Position numbers and translations under genes: made by a program. Source: an uncultured archaeon (GTDB lineage Archaea > Thermoproteota > Bathyarchaeia > Bathyarchaeales > Bathycorpusculaceae). From it: a DNA stretch of 64,000 bases. The notes beneath the pieces are model-generated. The model did no database searches. It was not told the DNA's origin and saw nothing but the letters and a program-made list of their open reading frames with translations. The DNA is taken from positions 160,001-224,000 of the forward strand of contig CAWALK010000018.1 in assembly GCA_963782915.1 (NCBI GenBank), written 5' to 3'. Below are positions 1-10,200 of this stretch, one piece after another (the stretch's first letter is position 1; every line of letters begins with the position of its first letter).

Positions 1-65
1 AAAAAATAGTTTGCTATGTTTTAACAAGAAAAAAGAAAAGAAAGGAAATTATTTTTTTGTTGTTT

Positions 66-2671
66 TTATGGCTTTTTTCTAACCATCAACGCTATCATTA
101 AACCGACAACGATGATTGCTATGAATAGACCAGCGATTGCGGGTATGAAGTACAGATCAGCCATTGATGGAGCGGGTGTTGGTAGTGGTGTAGCGGTTGC
201 TGGTGCGTCGAGTACTGTGAAGGATGTTTCTTGGTTTGATGGCCAATATCCGTTGTTGCCTGCGAATGTTGCGATTACTGTGTATTTGCCTGTAATGTCT
301 GGGGACCATGCAATAGCTGTAGTAGCCGGTTGCGTCAGTGGTTGTTGTTCCGATTGTGCGGTAGTTTCCGTTTGCGTCGACGACGTTTATGGTTACTTCA
401 ACGCCGGTGAAGTTGGTTGGGCATGGCTGCTGTTGGTAGATGTATCCCATCCAGTCTTTCATGCTTGCGTCAGATGAGACTGGGACTCCGTTGGGGAAGC
501 GTGCTGCTTGCTCGTTTTGTTTTGTGCCTGCTGATATGTCGGTGACTGAGCCTTCAATGATGACTGCTTCGCCGAATGTGGATGATTTTGGTCCTGCTTG
601 TACGGTGGTTTGGCTTGGTCCTCTTCCTAGGCTGTAGATTTGTTGGTCATAGCTGTTGAAGAGTACTGAGTAGCCGTCTGCGATTGCGTAGCTTTCGCCT
701 GCTGAATTCGCCGGTGGCTGCTGAGAGTGTCCATAGTTCGGTTCCGTCGGTTGCGTTGACTGCTCGTGCGAGTGCGCCTTTGTAGATTGGTGTTTCGAAG
801 GTGTGTTCTGTTGTGACTAGGTAGACTATGCCGTTGCCGATGGCGTTGATGAATGTTGGGTATGGTCCAGGGACTTGGAAGCCACTGTTTGTGGTGTTGC
901 CTGCTCCGCCGTTGCCATATGTCCATAGGACTTTGCCTGTTGCCATGTCATAGCAGTGGAGTATGCCTGAGTATGCGCTGCTGTATATGCGGCCGTATGC
1001 TACAACGTTTGATAGTGTACCGGGTCCTGTGCTGCCATAGTAGTCAAGTGCTGGTTGTGGGTCACTTATCCATAGTCTTGCGCCTGTTCTTAGGTTGAAG
1101 CCTACGAATTGCTGTGTTTGTCTGTATGATTCACAGAAGTAGCCTGCTTGTGCGTCTGCCTCCTGCATATGAGATGGTGGTGATGTTGCCTGCTGGGGGT
1201 GTTACGGTATTCCACCATAGGACTTGACCGATTGCGCCTTTGGATGCGTTGAGGTTGACTCCGAAGTATGTGTATGGGGCGCCTGTGTCGCCTAATGCTG
1301 GGTATGAACCGTTTCTGCAGAGTAAGATGTCGTTGTAGAATGCTGCACGATGGTTGGTGATCCGGGTTGGTTATTGCGCCAAGATATTGAGGCGTTCTGT
1401 GTGTTTGCGTTGAGGGTAGTCGTAGAATTGGCTTTGGCTTGCGTTAAGGAAGGTTACGCCGTTGACAGTGGTGGTTTGTGGAGCCCATGCAGTGCTGTAT
1501 CCGTTCCACATTTTGCTTGCGTTCCATGAGGACAAGTACCAGTCAGGTTTTGCGGTTGTGCCGTTGTTGTAGAACATGTATCGGATTTGTTCGCCTAATG
1601 GGCCGATTACTGTTGTTCCTGAGGGTACGTTGGTGACGTTGAAGAGTGCTTTTCCTGTGTCTGCATCGTATACTTGTGCAAAGTTGGCTGTACATAGAAG
1701 TGCTGGGTAGACACCGTGGAAGTTAGGTGTTTCAAGGTCGTAAATCATTGCGAATGATAGTGCGGGTACGTCGCTTCGTCTCCAGACTTCTTGTCCGGTG
1801 CGTAAGTCAACGCAGACTGTGTCTCCGCCGTTAGCGCTAAACGACAATGGTTCTTTGTAGTAGATTCTTCCGTAGACAATTATTGGGTTAACGAATCTTT
1901 GAGCGTAAGCTGTTCCTTCGAAGTATGTGTTTGCTTGGATTGCAAAGTTGTCGTCTCCGACTACTCCGCCTGGTTGGACTTCTTTTGTCCACATTACGTG
2001 GCTTGTTTGGGAGCCAACTGCGCTGTCTGTGAATTGGCGTTGGTTTGGTCCTAACGATCCACCGTATCCTGGTGAACCACTGCCTAACCAGTTAGAAGCG
2101 ATTGAGTACCATGCTGTGTTTTCGCCGTATACTGGACGTGCCCAGTATTCGGTTGGAAGTGGTGCTATGGAGTACGTATGCGATTGGTTCTTCTTGTACA
2201 GTTAGAGTTGTTGAGGCTGAGCTTGGCAGGTAAGTGTCGTTTTTGAATATGTGAAGTTGAGAGGTATGGATAGTCGTTTACTTTCTGTCCGGGGTAATCG
2301 AAGGTTAAGTTGTATGTGCCAACTTGTGTTGGTGTGAATGAGTAGCCTTGGTTTGAGGTGGTGTCTTCTACTGTTTCAAAGGTTTTGGTTGTTACTTCGC
2401 CGTCTGGTGCTGTGATGGTGAGTTTGTAGTTGTGGAATCGGTAGTTGTTGGTCATTAATGTGTCAGCGTATGTTGGTGTTAGGAATAGGTAGATGTGGGT
2501 TGTTTGGCCGACGCCGATTGGGTTAATTGAGACGAATATGTGGGCAAAGGTTGGGATGTCCCATGCCGGTGTATGTGCGGTTGCGTTTGGTGTGAATGCT
2601 ATTGATGCTCCGATTGTTACGATTAAGAGAAGGGCTAAGATTGCTATCTTTTGGTTTCTTAATATGTGCAT
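66..2671 (-). CDS. Secreted/membrane-anchored PQQ-binding-like beta-propeller repeat protein (frameshifted into several ORFs)
   Basis: Consecutive minus-strand ORFs 2165-2671 (signal peptide), 1371-1994, 647-1168 and 157-462 carry PQQ-type repeats (CVDLRTGQEVW, CYDMATGKVLW, AVNATDGTELW). A C-terminal TM segment plus RKKP ends at TAA 66-68. Indels are probably sequencing errors. Confidence 0.8.
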
Positions 2672-3150
2672 TCAATTTTTCTCCTTTATTTATAAGGTAG
2701 TTGTAACAATCGGTAGCCTTTTAAAACTTGCTATATGTCCACAGGTTACCAAGCGCAGACAGAAACAGCAATAACCGCTTGGTTACAACTCAATAGCCCA
2801 ATACAAAGAAGACCTCAATGCGACATAAGCAGAAAACATCAAGCAAGACCAACTTAATTCATCCGCAAACGTAAATAGCTAGGATGATACGCTGTAAGCT
2901 TGGACGATGAGGTTATCGAGGTACGATGAAGCTTAAGGTGGGGATTAAACGCCGGCGGCTTGTGAATACTTTTTCCGCTACTGAGTCCATCTCTAGCCAG
3001 ATATTCTGTGCTCTTGCCAACATAATTTCGCTGTACGTGGTTCCATGCAGTTGCGGCTATTTGAAGCCTGCCTTTTATGGAGGGACTAAAAGCTCATTAG
3101 TACTGAACATTTTCAATTATGCATGCTCTGATAGGTCGACTTCTTTAGGT

Positions 3151-3195
3151 TCTATATATATAGGGGAGGGGGAGGTCGCTCGAGAGGTAGACAAG
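3151..3195 (+). repeat. Dispersed G-rich intergenic repeat, copy A (1 unit)
   Basis: TCTATATATATAGGGGAGGGGGAGGTCG matches units at 6761-6857, 25841-25880, 45365-45460 and 59842-59990. Confidence 0.7.
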
Positions 3196-3225
3196 TCTGC
3201 ACAAGCTTTCAGGAGTTATTCGGGT

Positions 3226-3759
3226 CTATGTTTTGGGGAGTTTTTGGTAGCTTCTCATGGCTTCTTCAACCACTCTGATTGCTTCTGCACGATTTTGCCA
3301 GCCCTTAATCTTCACCCAACTGCATGGTTGGAGCCGCTTGTAAGTGGAGAAAAATTCTTGGATTTCTGTTAGTTGATGCTTCTGCACGTCGGCGATGTCG
3401 TTGTATCCTTCAAAGCGTCTGTCGTTTGCGAGTACGGAGAGGATTTTGCTGTCTTGGCCTTCTTCGTCTTCCATTTCTAAAACGCCGATTACCCGCACTT
3501 TCGCCACTGAACCCACCACCAAAGGCGCAAACGAGAGCGCCATAATATCCAAGGGGTCGCCGTCAGCCCATATTGTCTGGGGCACAAAACCGTATTCAAC
3601 CGGAAACACCACCGACGATGGAATGATGCGGTCGAGCACAAACGCTTCCCAGTCGGGGTTATACTCGAATTTGCTGCTTGAGCCGCCGGTGACTTCGATA
3701 ACCATGTTGAGTTCGGCTGGTGGATTGGTGCCTGCCGGTATTTGCCGCCAAAAATTCAT
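3226..3759 (-). CDS. ppa: Inorganic pyrophosphatase (family I)
   Basis: KFEY, LDR, YGFVPQT, DGDPLD and DSKIL motifs. Confidence 0.95.
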   Translation of the reverse strand: MNFWRQIPAGTNPPAELNMVIEVTGGSSSKFEYNPDWEAFVLDRIIPSSVVFPVEYGFVPQTIWADGDPLDIMALSFAPLVVGSVAKVRVIGVLEMEDEEGQDSKILSVLANDRRFEGYNDIADVQKHQLTEIQEFFSTYKRLQPCSWVKIKGWQNRAEAIRVVEEAMRSYQKLPKT

Positions 3760-3814
3760 TCTGCCACACCAAAAGGGTGTGAGGGAAAGTGTGATTTAAG
3801 CGTAGTTGCAGGGG

Positions 3815-4594
3815 CTAATTCGAGAAATACTTTTCCAGTTTGGAGGTTCCGGATTTTTTGAGTACGGCAGCGCAGTCTTTGGGGTCAAGCGCCTTAAACT
3901 CCAAACCCATAGAAGCCAACAGCCCCTGTACATCCTTAGCTAAACTTGGCGCAACCAAGACGGCGCGGACTTCACGGTTTACTTTGGCTTTGATGGGTTC
4001 AATGTATTTGGAGAGTTGCAGCACGTTTTCTTTAGAAGCTGTTTTACGTTTGACTTCGATGATGACGAGTTTGCCGTCTTTGTCTTCGCCGTAAATATCC
4101 ACAAAACCTGGCTCAACATGTTTTTCCCAGCTGATCGGTTTAAATCCTGCTTCAAAGAGTTCAGGTTTGAGCAGTATGGCTCGGTGCATGTCGTCTTCGC
4201 TTGCATGCAATATAAATTCGCCTGAATCCAAGAGGTTAAGGGCGGATACCATGAAGACTGAGGCGAAAGTTACTTTGACGCTTTCATGTGGTTTTCGGCG
4301 AACCCCATGCACTTCTAATTTGTCGTCTTTGACTTCAACATGGAAAACGGATCCGGAGGGTTGCCAATTTACGGGTTCATATCCGGTTGGGCGATGCACA
4401 AGCAAGGAGCCATCGGATTTGATGATTAAGAGGCGTTCGCCGTTTTCGAGTGTGGAGTTGGCTCTGCCGGCATAGTGCACATGGCAGTCTCCTGCAACGA
4501 TGAGTGTTTTGCGTTGTGTGAAGGCTTTCTCGATTAGCACCGCTGCTTCCGCTAATGTGGGTTCTTTTAGGATTGAGAGTTTCTCAGACGCCAA
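3815..4594 (-). CDS. nucS: Mismatch-specific endonuclease NucS/EndoMS
   Basis: Y-GRA, IIKSDGSLLVH, PVNWQP, VDI..IEVKR and QLSKY motifs. Confidence 0.93.
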   Translation of the reverse strand: MASEKLSILKEPTLAEAAVLIEKAFTQRKTLIVAGDCHVHYAGRANSTLENGERLLIIKSDGSLLVHRPTGYEPVNWQPSGSVFHVEVKDDKLEVHGVRRKPHESVKVTFASVFMVSALNLLDSGEFILHASEDDMHRAILLKPELFEAGFKPISWEKHVEPGFVDIYGEDKDGKLVIIEVKRKTASKENVLQLSKYIEPIKAKVNREVRAVLVAPSLAKDVQGLLASMGLEFKALDPKDCAAVLKKSGTSKLEKYFSN

Positions 4595-4659
4595 ATTTTT
4601 CAGCCAACGTATTTTAGGTGGAGCTTGGGTACATAAGAATTCTCGAAGGAAACCAGAAG

Positions 4660-5205
4660 ATGGCTTGGAGAAGCAAGCGTAAAGTAATGCATGCTTACGA
4701 TGTCACAGCAGAAATGTATGATGAACGCTACTCAGGATGAGCAGCACCGCAAATACCAGAGGGCGCTGGAGAATGTGGATGTTTTGGGTGCGGCTGTGTT
4801 GGATGTGGGTTGCGGTTCAGGCTTATTCTTTGCTGAAATTGCCGAGAAAGCCAAATTCGTTGTCGGGCGTTGATGTTTCCAAGAAGCTTCTGCTAAAAGC
4901 CAAAGACCAATGCAGGCGGCAACGTTTTTGTTGTGCAGGCAGATGCAGATCATTTGCCCTTCCGCGATGGCTTCTTCGATGCAGTTTTCTCGTTTACTGT
5001 ACTGCAGAACATGCCCAAACCAGCTGTTACGTTACTGGAGCTGAAACGGGTTGCAGTTCAAGGCGGCAAAATTGCGGTTACCGGTTTAAAGAAAGCTTTT
5101 CCGCTCGAAAAATTCATGGATCTTGCGGAGGGCAGCGGCATGCAACTCGCAGCTTTCGTGGATGAAGAAGCCATAAACTGCTACATCGCGGTTTTAGCTG
5201 CTTAA
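4660..5205 (+). CDS. Class I SAM-dependent methyltransferase (frameshifted)
   Basis: ATG 4660 reads MAWRSKRKVMHAYD..AEMYD; later frames give VLDVGCGSG, GVDVS and ADADHLPFRDGFFDAV. Confidence 0.8.
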
Positions 5206-6482
5206 CAGTTGCACATCAGCTACTTCGCCGGTATCCGCATAGATGCCGACAGCGGCTTCGTTTATGCCGCCGGAATAGGTTTTGTCCAGTTGCATAACGA
5301 TGTACCAGTATGGGACAAGCGCGACAGAGTTGCTTCGTGGGTGAGGCAGCATTTGGGCGGATATGGTTTGTTGGCGTTGAAGTTGCTGGTTTGTGTTCCG
5401 TTGATGGTCCATGTGAGGGTTTTTAGGTGGTTTTGGGCGATTGTGGTTGCTTGGTTTTGGTTGATGTTTAGGTCTGCGTTGCCCACGGTGAAGAGGAAGT
5501 AGCCGTCTGTTAAGGCTGTTAAGACGTGGTTGTCAAAGGTCATGCGTAGGCTTTTGGCGCTGAAGTCGATGCCTTTTTCGGTGTACATCCAGAGGAACTC
5601 GGTGCTGCTGCCGTGTTTGGGTGATTTGGAGTTTCATGTTGCCGGATACCGCTGTGGTAACTGCGCCATCGGTTTGGTTGACGGTTGCGAGCAGTGTTGC
5701 TCATTTCTTGGAGGTAAGCATCACCCGAATAAGCTCTGTAGCGCTCGAGTGCGGCTTTGGCAGTTTCCAATATGCTGCTCGGCGGATTCTCGGTGAGAAT
5801 GGGTGCGCTTTCGGTGGAGGTGAGTTGGTAGCGGCTAAGATGATTTTCCCTGAAACGGTAACTTGCATCCAAATTGCTCGATGCACTGGTTAAGCTGTAT
5901 TTGAGGACTTCTTCCGCCACGCTAAAATCATCTCGGTACTCCAAAGTGTTGCTTAGCAGAGTGATTTTGTAGCGGTTAGTGTCGATTTGGACTACGTTGC
6001 GGGTGAGGTTGGCGACTTTGGTTGCGCCGATTCCCCATGAGAGCAACTGCTGATTTTCCGCTGTGAGGCTGCTTTGGTCTGCCGCAAGCTGATTTAGAAC
6101 CGTGTACTGGTAGATGCCAAAGCTCGAGAGAAACAGCACCGCAACCATCAAAACGGCGAAGGCTGCTTTCCATTTGCGCGCCAGCTTTTTTGGGACGCCG
6201 TCTGGTTTCAAGTTCAGGAGCTTCCTCCACACCTTTCATGGCGGATACGGTGGCTTTGCCGAAGCTCGAGAGCCTGGTATTGCCCATCATCCATTTTGGC
6301 AATCAGTTCGCCGAGGCTTTCGAGATGATAAGTTAAATGTGAGCTGGATACGCCAAGTGAGTTCGACCATCTCCATAAACGAGCATGGGTTTATCGTTTA
6401 GCATGCGCAGGATTTTGCGGCGTGCAGGATGCTTAAGCGATCGGAACATGATTGAGTAGATTTCTTCTTCGTTGCCGGACAT
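5194..6482 (-). CDS. ArsR-type winged-HTH protein fused to a TM helix and an extracytoplasmic domain (frameshifted)
   Basis: N-terminus MSGNEEEIYSIMFRSLKHPARRKILRML, then Y-LSSFGK, TM segment WKAAFAVLMVAVLFLSSFGIY and a polar C-terminal region spread over ORFs 5540-6232, 5262-5588 and 5194-5412. Confidence 0.7.
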
Positions 6483-6760
6483 GCCAAACCCACGGTTAGA
6501 TGCTAATTGGCGGTGTTGGCGTATAAGAGTTGCCGAAAACCGCAGTTTCAAGCGGAAAGCAGTATGAGAGATGATTTGCGGTCTCTTTGTGCGATTTTTT
6601 CTCTATCCCCCCTTATTTATAGGCTCAACAAGTGCAGACCCAGAATCAAATCGGCAAGGCATCCATTGAGAAAGCCATTGCGCCAAGTAGGCGTTTGTTG
6701 GTTAACCATCGGGTTAGTCTATGCATTTGCAATTCAAGCCTACCCAGCTTGCGTGCCCGA

Positions 6761-6857
6761 GCTTTTGTTGCTCTGCCAAGACCTCCCTATCCCCTATAAA
6801 AAGCACAAAAAGACTAGACACCTACCTCAGAGGTACCTACCCCTCCCTTATTTAAAG
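6761..6857 (-). repeat. Dispersed G-rich intergenic repeat, copy B (2 units; partial unit at 6601-6623)
   Basis: The reverse complement of 6820-6857 is identical over 38 bp to 59896-59933; the second unit reads ATAGGGGATAGGGAGGTCTTGGCAGAGCAACAAAAG. Confidence 0.85.
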
Positions 6858-6943
6858 GATAAAAATTAACAGCGTTTCCGTCGCGCTGCTTTTGGAAGCG
6901 CTCGGTTCCGCCGGCAGGAACCCTCCCTCTACAGGTTTCTGCA

Positions 6944-7536
6944 CTATGGATTCTTCAGTAGCGTCTGAGCCAGAAGCAGCCGCCAAGTCGTCAACTCGGA
7001 GAGGTTCGCCAGCCCCTCAGCGTTGAGGTAATTATTTGCGGTTTCGTCAAAGAGCACATTAGCAGACGGCGGCAAATCCTCATCCACCCACAGGATGTAA
7101 GTAATCGGGACCAAGTTGAATGCGGGAACCTCAACCGATGCCTGCCCAAACTCCAGCTTTTTGCCGCCCAACAAAACCGCAGCCTCAACAAGCAAATCAG
7201 GACAACCGCCAAAACCCTTAGCAATCGGATCAACCGCTTTGCGAACAAAAGCGTTCTCGTAAGCAACCCCACCAGAAAAATCCCTAAACTTCACCAACCT
7301 ACCACCCAGGGACTTTTTGGCAGCGGTGGAGTATTCGATGAGCAACTCGGTGATCTGGTGATGCATGGTCGGGTTACTAACCTCAACGGTACAATGCCTT
7401 TTTGCAGATCATCTTGGAATTCGCCTGTCACTAAATCAAGCGAAAAACCGAGAAACCAAAAAACGTTACTATCTCCAGCGTCAGTCAATTGCCGAAGCCG
7501 TAGCTGCTGCTCTAACGTAAGGTTTAAGGTGACCAC
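6944..7536 (-). CDS. DUF3786-like protein (frameshifted)
   Basis: LLIEY..LVKFRDFSGGVAY..F, PITYILW-DED-PP-AN-LFD pattern; the N-terminus lies in ORF 7291-7536. Confidence 0.7.
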
Positions 7537-7609
7537 TATTGAGCACTCCTTAATTATGAAAATGCAATCTTTGTTCTTCTACATTTTGGCAACAGCTAAT
7601 CAGTAGCAC

Positions 7610-8110
7610 TTACGCAGCTTTTTTTCTACGAACCACTAACACGAATACTGCGATAGCGACTAATCCCATTACAGACATACCAATGGGTGGCCCTTCCGGC
7701 AATACCTCGGCATTATTCACCACTTGAACTGTTACGACTGTGTATGCGCCGTCAACTCCTCCGCCGGTGCATAGCCAGCGGAACTGGTAGTATCCAACTT
7801 GGTTAATGGCTGACTAAAGGTTACGTGGTACTCCGCTTGTCAGTGAATTCCATGTGTGAATTTGGTTCCAGCTTGTAAATGGACCGCTCGATGCAGGGTA
7901 GGTCCACTCATCTCCAAGGTTCCTTGACCTTTGATGTTTCCTTGGGTGCTGGTGTAGGTGCATGTCAAAGTCACAGCTTGATTGACAATAATTATGGTTT
8001 TGTCTGTGGAAGGCTACCGGTTACTTCGTTATTGTTTTTACCGCTAACAGAGCCAAAAGCGAATAGAAAAACAAAAGCAAAAGCGTTACCGCTAAAATAC
8101 TTCTCCTCAA
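7610..8110 (-). pseudogene. Broken small secreted/membrane-anchored protein ORF
   Basis: C-terminus reads ..VLPEGPPIGMSVMGLVAIAVFVLVVRRKKAA* (TM plus basic tail); upstream frames are disrupted and the start is uncertain. Confidence 0.4.
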
Positions 8111-8470
8111 AAAACGCTAAACTCCTAAAACTCCTACCAAGCTAGCAGTTGCAGCATGCACTTAAGTATTGTGTAAAAACAAACAATAAGACACAATAAA
8201 GGGCTAACTTAACCGAGCGAAGCAAAAATTGTATCAATTAAATCATAAATAGAGATAAAGAGAAAAACTACCTTTCTTCTTTTTTTCCGCTTATTACTCT
8301 ACGGTTTGCTCTTTGCAGATTCTGATTTTTTCTTCCTAATATTTTTTAAATTAAGTCTGCGACCATTTCTCAGGCTATCGACTGAGGGCACCTTAGACAT
8401 TACCCGTTCGTAATTCAGCGCTTGATTAAAAGCAGTAAATTCTATAAATAACCAAATCTAGGCTAGGAGT

Positions 8471-8728
8471 ATGGGCGACGTTTTAGACAGAGAAAAAGTG
8501 CGTGAGCTATTCAAGGTTATTTTCGGCAGGTGCAAGCACATAGAGGGAAAATCGCTAAAGTTGATGCCTCCAAACGCGGACAGCGTACACTCAAACGGTT
8601 ACCAGATTCATATTTCGCCCAACAACGATGAAATGCTGGAAGGCTGCATTGAAAGAATCGCAAGGGAACATGAGTTGGCAGTGGCTAACGAGGGAAATAC
8701 GTTAGTTATTTTCAAGCCCGCAAACTAA
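8471..8728 (+). CDS. Small hypothetical protein (paralog of 13241-13489)
   Basis: AGGAG SD upstream; 85 aa; aligns by eye with the 13241-13489 product. Confidence 0.75.
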   Translation: MGDVLDREKVRELFKVIFGRCKHIEGKSLKLMPPNADSVHSNGYQIHISPNNDEMLEGCIERIAREHELAVANEGNTLVIFKPAN

Positions 8729-8753
8729 AAGATGGCAGTAAGAGTTTTGGCGG

Positions 8754-9371
8754 TTAGTCTTCCGCTTCAGGCTCTTCCCCAGCTTGTTCTGGCTGCTCTT
8801 GGGCTTCGGATTTCTGCTTCTCTGCGCTTAGCAGCATCTCGATGAGTTTTTTCTCGTCCACTTCTGCCCTTGTGCGCCAATCCAGATACAGTTGCCCTTT
8901 GTCGTCTTGCGTAAGGTAGCCGTAGCGTATGTAGCGGTCGAGGTTTAAGCCGATTTTCCAGTTAGGCATCTTCTCGCCTAGCAGTTTTTCGACGTCTTTG
9001 CGTGTTGCCTGCCCTTTTTTGCTGACGATGTAGCTGATTGTTATGGCTAAGCCTGCGAGGTCGTCAACTCTCCAACCCATCAACTTGTCCTTTGATGCAA
9101 CGTCGCGCAATGCTACGAAGAAGCGGGCTTTATCCAGCTCCTCAATGGTTGGTTTCTCAGGGGTCTTCTCTTCCTCAAAAACCGTTTTAACCTGCATATC
9201 AAGCGGTTTTAAGTAATCGTCCAAGACATCGAGCACTTTGGGGTACTCGCTGCCCAAGGCTTTGTGGAGTTCCCAGCCCTTCACGCCTGGTTTAGCGTGG
9301 CGTTTGTAGAATAGCATCTGGGTGGCTTTCTTGACTTTGCCTGCGTAGAGGCCTTTTCGTTTTTGACTCAT
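8754..9371 (-). CDS. Tandem winged-helix KITE subunit, Nse1/Nse3(MAGE)-like
   Basis: About 200 aa with two predicted WH domains; GLAITISYI..GQAT..GYL..LYLDWRTRAEV resembles the MAGE/Nse3 WH-B pattern (GLL..IL..I..GN..YL..W.GPRA.AE). Last gene of the SMC operon, ATGA overlap. Confidence 0.65.
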   Translation of the reverse strand: MSQKRKGLYAGKVKKATQMLFYKRHAKPGVKGWELHKALGSEYPKVLDVLDDYLKPLDMQVKTVFEEEKTPEKPTIEELDKARFFVALRDVASKDKLMGWRVDDLAGLAITISYIVSKKGQATRKDVEKLLGEKMPNWKIGLNLDRYIRYGYLTQDDKGQLYLDWRTRAEVDEKKLIEMLLSAEKQKSEAQEQPEQAGEEPEAED

Positions 9372-10200
9372 GGCTGTTTACCTGTTTTCCATTTTTGCCA
9401 GTCTTCTACGGATACGGCGATTGGAATCGACTGGGACTGCACCGTCAACGCCTCAACCCGCGGCTTATCGAAGGGCAGTATAAACATGGTTTCTTCTAAC
9501 CTGTCGATTTCCAAGGTGGCGTATCCGTATGTTATTAGGAAGCTTGTTAGGAATGCGCGTTGGACGGTTTCTTCGTAGGTGTCTGCGCCGATGAAGTCCC
9601 AGTAGGTGATTTTGCCGTTTGCGGCTTTTTGGCGACTTTAAGTTTAGCTTGCCAGTAGCATTCGAGTTCTTCCCCGAACTCTTTGTCGCTCAAAACGCGG
9701 GCTTTGACCATTTCTTCTCGGCTAACCGAACCCATCGCAACAGCGGAGACATCGATGTCTTTCCATCGGTCACCCAACGGAGCCAATGCATCCCAATACA
9801 GCAATCCCTGGGCTAAACTGTGCAGGCTGAGCTGCTCAGACTCCACAAGGGGCGTCCAAGCTGACACAAACACGTCGACCATGCCCTGTTTGCTGGTCTG
9901 GCGAATCTTCTCTTCGAGCAGAAAGGGGTCTGTGTAGAGTGAGGTTGAGCGCTGTTTCACCCATTCACTCTGAATCTTGATGACGGATGCAAGGTGGTGG
10001 AGGGCTTCAGCATCTAATCTTAGCTCTTCGGGCTGGTCCCAATGCGGAAAATACTGCCTCACAATCGCGATTATATCGTCCACGTTTAGTGTAAATGGGT
10101 CAACTTGGCGGCTTTCAATGGCAACACACATTTCAACAATGCGTTCCAATCGCTCTTTGCCCAGTTTCTTCTCATGCTTCTCTGTTTGGATGGTTGGCAT
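9368..10200 (-). CDS. Kleisin subunit (ScpA-like N-terminus, Nse4-like C-terminal WH; frameshift near 9650)
   Basis: N-terminal VDPFTLNVDDII resembles ScpA DPW-ID. After the indel the alternative frame reads KITYWDFIGADTYEETVQRAFLTSFLITYGYATLEID, matching the Nse4_C pattern. Overlaps both neighbouring genes. Confidence 0.7.
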
